DNA of 64,000 nucleotides from Macrostomum lignano (Eukaryota). Both the position numbers and the translations under genes were made by a program. The notes under the pieces are model-generated. The model worked only from the letters and a program-made list of their open reading frames with translations. It was not told the origin of the DNA and made no database searches. Below are positions 58,790 through 64,000 of this stretch, in pieces. Within the stretch, counting starts at the first letter, position 1; every line of letters starts with the position of its first letter. The stretch lies in assembly GCA_002269645.1 (NCBI GenBank), contig NIVC01000090.1, forward strand, positions 347,560 through 411,559, given 5' to 3'.

Positions 58790-59970
58790 GTCATGTAAAA
58801 ATTAAATGAAGCTATAGTGCTGGCTAGGGAGAAAAACTGAGACGTCAAGGCTCACAGAGAATAACTGAGATTACGGGGGTGGGGTTTCTGAGATGTCAAA
58901 GCAAAAGTCAGAAGCTACTTCAAAGTTCATCTACTTTACTCAATTTTTTATTACATTCTTTGTTGGCTCGCCACAGGGGGGGGGGGCGCTGATAGAAGAA
59001 GAGTCATGTAAAAAATAAAAGTAGCACTATGTATATGTAAAAGAAGAGTCATGTCGAAGTTAAAAGATTCCTTTGGGAATTGCTACGATGTCAAAGCTTG
59101 GTGGAAATCGTTATAGTGCTGTGATTCTTAAAGAAGGAATCACTAAAATGTCAAGGCTTAGGGAGAAGAATTGCTGAGATTACAAGACTTTAGGTTGGTT
59201 AAAGTTAGGTTTAGTCAGGTTTGGGTTGAGGGTTAATCTTATCGGGTTTCAAGGTTACGGGGGGTTTTTAGATTTCAAGGTTTATGGGGGCCATCGCTGA
59301 CATGTCAAGGCTTACGAGGGGAATAGCTGACATGTCAAGGCTCAGGCGGGTATAAATGAGATTTCAAGGCTAAAAGTCAGAAGCTACATAGTTAGTTTAT
59401 TGAAACTTTTTATTACATTATTTGATGCCTCCTCAGGGAGGGATCGCTGATAAAAAAGCGTAATGTAAAAAATAAAAGAAGCTTCATGTCGAAGTGAAGA
59501 GATGCATTTGGGAATCCCTACGATGTTGAGGCTTGCAGGGAATCGCTATAATGCTGTAGTAGTGCAATAATGACTCTTAGAGAGAATTACTGAAATGTCA
59601 ATGCTTTAGGGTTAGGTTAGGGTTAGGTTGGTTAGGGTTAGGGCTAGGTTAGTTAGTTAGGTTAGGGCTAGGGTAGGGTTAGGGCTAGGGTTAGGTTAGG
59701 GTTAGGGCTAGGGTTAGGGTTAGGGTTAGGCTAGGGTTAGGGTTAGAAGGTTGACAGATATTTTTAGATTTCCAAGGCTTATTGGGGGCATTGCTGAGAT
59801 GTCAAGGGGGGAAGTTGATATGTTAAAGCTTGGGGGGGGGGAATTACTGACATTTCAAGGCTGACAAGTTTTGACAGGAGATTTTTTAAGATTTCAAGGA
59901 TACATGTAGCTTATTAAAAAAACGTGTATTGCATTTCTTTGGCTCCCCAACGGGGGGCGTAGATTGCTAG
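58790..59970 (+). mobile_element. Helitron-like 3' region with about 470-530 bp internal tandem duplication
   Basis: AAAGTCAGAAGCTAC at 58904 and 59373 marks the duplication. Ends with hairpin CCCC-AAC-GGGG (59945-59955) and CTAG|T (59967-59971). Confidence 0.55.
59606..59746 (+). repeat. Interstitial telomeric-like tract (TTAGGG/TTAGG/CTAGGG)
   Basis: Directly visible. A more degenerate counterpart lies at about 59188-59235. Confidence 0.9.
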
Positions 59971-60839
59971 TAATGTATCTAAATGTACTACCTTCTTCAA
60001 CTAAGTTGACAACATTTACAAGCTAGGCTTAGAACTGAACAATATTGGCCTTTTACTGACAAATTTCTAATATAAACTGCAAAAAAATTCTATACAAAGC
60101 ATCAAACAAATAAAATTTTAATGCCAAATAGAACTTAAAAAGGATATTGGTATTGAACTAGCAAAAATGCAAGAAAAGCTCATTTAAAAAAATAATGAAT
60201 GATATTTACAGTAACAAAAAATCTGTAGCCTATCTATAGCAACAATGAACTTGGCTAATTAGAGCTGTTTGCAAGCATCTAGAATTTTTATTAAATACCC
60301 TAGATAGGGCCTAGGGTTACACAAGTTAAATAGAGTAATTATCTCTGCTAGTGGGGCACGGTGAGTTTTCTTATCATTTGGCTCTGGTGCAATCATTAAA
60401 ATTGGCTACAAAGTCTTTTGCTACATATAAGTTAATAAGAAATACATCATTAAGAAAGCCCATTTAAAGTAGTTTTTCAAATATTTAATCTTTTTAGCAA
60501 TGAGCTAGAGCCTACTAAAAATATATATTGTCATAAGCACATTTGACATCTTTTGACAAAGAAATAACAAAATTGGTTGAGCCTTGGCTTTATAGAGATA
60601 ATTGATTGCACACAAGCATACAATTTTTTATTTTAGGCCTAGTTTACTAGATTTAACTACCAAGGGTTGCATTAAAGGAAAATCAAGGCAGCTTTTTATA
60701 ATGTTAAAACATTGCATTATGAAAACTCTCTTTTTACTACTGATGCTCATGCTCATGCGAACAGACTGGAACTGCTAATGTAGCAACCTGGTTCAAATCT
60801 TAGTAGTGCAAAATGACACCCTTAAAACACAAAATGCTA

Positions 60840-61645
60840 AACATAAAAGAAGCGCAATGTCAAACATAAAAGAGTCACCATGTCAAACATAAAACTGCCA
60901 CCATGTCAAATATAAAACAGCCACCATGTAATTGTAAGACATAAAAGAGCCACCATATCAAACATAAAAGAGCTACCATGTCAAAAAATTATTGAGCCAC
61001 CATGTCAAACATAAAAAAGACACCATTTCAAATGTAAAAGGGCCGCCATGTCAAACATAGAAGAGCCACCATGTCAAACACAAAAAAGCCACCATGTCAA
61101 ACATTAAAAAGCCACCATGTCAAACATAAGAGCTACCATGTCAAACATTAAAAAGCCACCATGTTGAACATAAATGAGCCACCACGTCAAACATAAAAGC
61201 TACCATGTGAAACATAAAAGAGACACCGTTTCAAACATAAAGAAGTGTCATGCCAAACAAAATGGAGCCACTATAAAGCTAAGGAAATTGTTGCGCTAGC
61301 TACTGCCTACTTGTTCCTTGGTGGGTGCTTGCTATTTAAGGATGGATACTTGCTATTAGGGGGGTGCTTGCTATCTGAGGGATGCTTACTATCTGAGGGA
61401 TGCTTGCTATTGGGGCTGAGGGTACTTGCTATCTGAGAGGGGGTTGCTAGACATCTATAAGGTCTCTTCGTATCCAGGTTATGCTTGCTATCTGGGGTTG
61501 CTTGCTATCGGGGGATGCTTGCTATCTAGGAAATGCTTGCAGTCTAGGGATACTTGTTATCTGGGTTGCTTGCTATCTGGAGAATGCTTGCTATCTAGGG
61601 GATGCTTGCTATCTAGGGGATGCTTGCTATCTGGGGAATGCTTGC
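60840..61645 (+). repeat. Second copy of compound minisatellite element (GAGCCACCATGTCAAACATAAAA array plus about 18-bp G-rich array)
   Basis: Shares GGAGCCACTATA[G/A]AGCTAAGGAAATTGT..GC.CTAGCTACT with 51945-51985. Confidence 0.8.
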
Positions 61646-62143
61646 AGTTTCTTTCTGCAGAGGGCTAAAGGGGAGCTCTGCGGTTGAGTTCAAATCGGTG
61701 CCGTAAATTCTAGGAGTCTAAGTTAATTTAACCAAACTAGGGGTGCGTAGGGAGTTCCTTCCGCTCAAAGGGGTAGCTGTGTCATAGGTGACTGATTGAA
61801 TTAAGATGACGCCGTCTTTTATAATGCCGAACAGACAGGGTTTAATGTGAGCCGATACGGAGACTTAAGTCTAAAATGAACAAATATATATTCACTGCCA
61901 CCACGTGGTAATACACGAAGAAACGCCCTAAGACTTGATTAGCTAGAATTAGTCTGAGAACTCTCCTTGATTCAAATAAATCGCTAAGGATCAGATAGGT
62001 TCAGTAAATCCGAGGTCGATCACAACGTATTGGAAAAGGGTCCATGAGAATTGCCCGAAATTAACGATCGGATTGCCCGCCGAGCTTTTCCCGCCGAGAT
62101 TTGCCCGCAGTGCATTTTGCCCGTGAGTGAACTGTCCATGAAG

Positions 62144-62568
62144 GAGTTGGCCCGTCGAGTTTTTTCCCGCCGAGGTTTTCCCGAAATGCATGCTTTTTTC
62201 CTGCAGCGCATATTTAGCCACGCTGTGCAGATTTTGTCTGCATTGCCCCCAATGCTTAATAACCCCTAGTAATAAGATTTACCAGATCAAAACATTTCGA
62301 TAGTTACTGCATATCGATTGCATATTTTTCTTGTACATTTAGGTATGCAGTTCTATATATGCAAGAAGGGGTTACATCAGTGAGCTAATTAATGTATATG
62401 CAATGTCGCTTTATTGTCCCCAAAATCTCTTTTAGGATTCACACGGTACTAAAGCATTGCAGGGGGGGGGGGCAATAATGCAGACAAATCTGACGCGTGG
62501 CTAAATTCGCTGCAGGAAAAAAGCATTTCTGGCAAACTTTGGCGGGAAAAAAACTCGACGGGCAACTC
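62144..62568. mobile_element. Foldback/MITE-like element with about 115-bp imperfect inverted repeats
   Basis: 62144-62257 is the approximate reverse complement of 62452-62568 (e.g. TGCTTTTTTCCTGCAGCG..TTTAGCCACGC vs GCGTGGCTAAATTCGCTGCAGGAAAAAAGCA). Confidence 0.75.
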
Positions 62569-62699
62569 GTCGAGCACCGCAGGTGCAGGGGATCCCTATT
62601 TACATATTATTTTTACATACTATTTACTATGTATTACATACCTACATACGATTACATATTATTTTTACATATATTTACATATTTACATATTTACATATT

Positions 62700-63243
62700 C
62701 AGATGCAGAGGGCCTGGCCTGGCCGCGGCGCAATTGCTCGGTCGGCCGGTGCAGCATGGCCATGCAGGGCCAAAGGGACGCGCATCGGGCGGCGCCGGCG
62801 CAGAGTAGCGCTCAGGGCGGAGTTCCAGCGCGGGGCCATCAGAGCGTTGTTGGTCGCAGGCAATCCGGGTAGTGCACGCCCAGCGCGTAGCGCAGCAGCG
62901 ATCGGTAAAGCGCATCCAAGGCTCGCTCTCGCGTTTCGATCGGCGGCACAGCGTCCATGCCGTACAGCAGGATCGGCTTAACGGCGCGCGGAACAGGCGC
63001 ACCTTCAGGTTGTCTCTGGCAGCTGAATTAAAAACGTTCCTGAGGGGGTGCGCAGCGCGCCAGGCCTGATTCCGATCTGTCGGAGACAATCGCATCGAGG
63101 TCCATGCAAGGTAGAGGTCCATCACCTCGCTCACCAGCGCAGCAGGTAGCTACTCCATAATAAGATAAAAGCCACGCGATCGCAGGCCTAGACACCGAGT
63201 CAAACGCCTTGCGAAAGTCGACGAAGATGATTGACACGGAGCG
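62700..63243 (-). pseudogene. Non-LTR retrotransposon reverse transcriptase fragment (RTE-like), frameshifted and internally deleted
   Basis: IIFVDFRKAFDSVSRPAIAWLLSYYGV(P)AALVSEVMDLY (RT domain 3) joined directly to AWRAAHPLRNVFNSAARDNLKVRLFRA and downstream thumb-like sequence. Confidence 0.85.
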
Positions 63244-63364
63244 CTATTTACATCTATATTTACTTGTACTTTTTATACACAGTGAGCCAGTGAGGATCAG
63301 TGAGCCAGTGAGCCAGTGAGCCAGTGAGCCAGTGGATTTTTTACTTTTTATACACATAAAAATT

Positions 63365-64000
<636 letters not shown>

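Noticed and set aside
59606-59746. True telomere or chromosome end
   Set aside because: Short, degenerate and flanked on both sides by non-telomeric sequence.

Overview
Eukaryotic (animal) genomic DNA with spliceosomal GT-AG introns, standard code, TTAGGG-type repeats and dense 18-41 bp minisatellites. The overall style suggests a free-living flatworm such as Macrostomum, but the taxon is an inference. (1) 453-30700 (+) is one very large gene. Its ~28.6 kb exon holds roughly 320 near-identical 72-bp/24-aa repeats (FKEEIAVTGSGCFRE[TSY/MSL]NESRV[R/Q]) punctuated by six copies of a 426-bp spacer, predicting about 9,800 aa once scattered 1-2 nt indels (probably long-read errors) are corrected. 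(2) 37885-38549 (+) is a gene the ORF track only partly shows: a signal-peptide exon spliced in phase to an exon encoding 15 KK-flanked octapeptides WLS[D/H]GIRA, the architecture of a neuropeptide or peptide-hormone precursor. This is the most novel-looking item in the window. (3) On the minus strand lie a multi-exon kelch-repeat gene, then intronless MRPL53 and SLC35E3 coding regions. (4) The rest is repeats: satellite arrays filling introns, CORE-type SINEs, Helitron-like elements ending in hairpin+CTRR (one carrying interstitial telomeric repeats), a strongly CpG-depleted relic, a foldback element and an internally deleted non-LTR reverse transcriptase fragment. No database search was possible; family assignments rest on recognised motifs.
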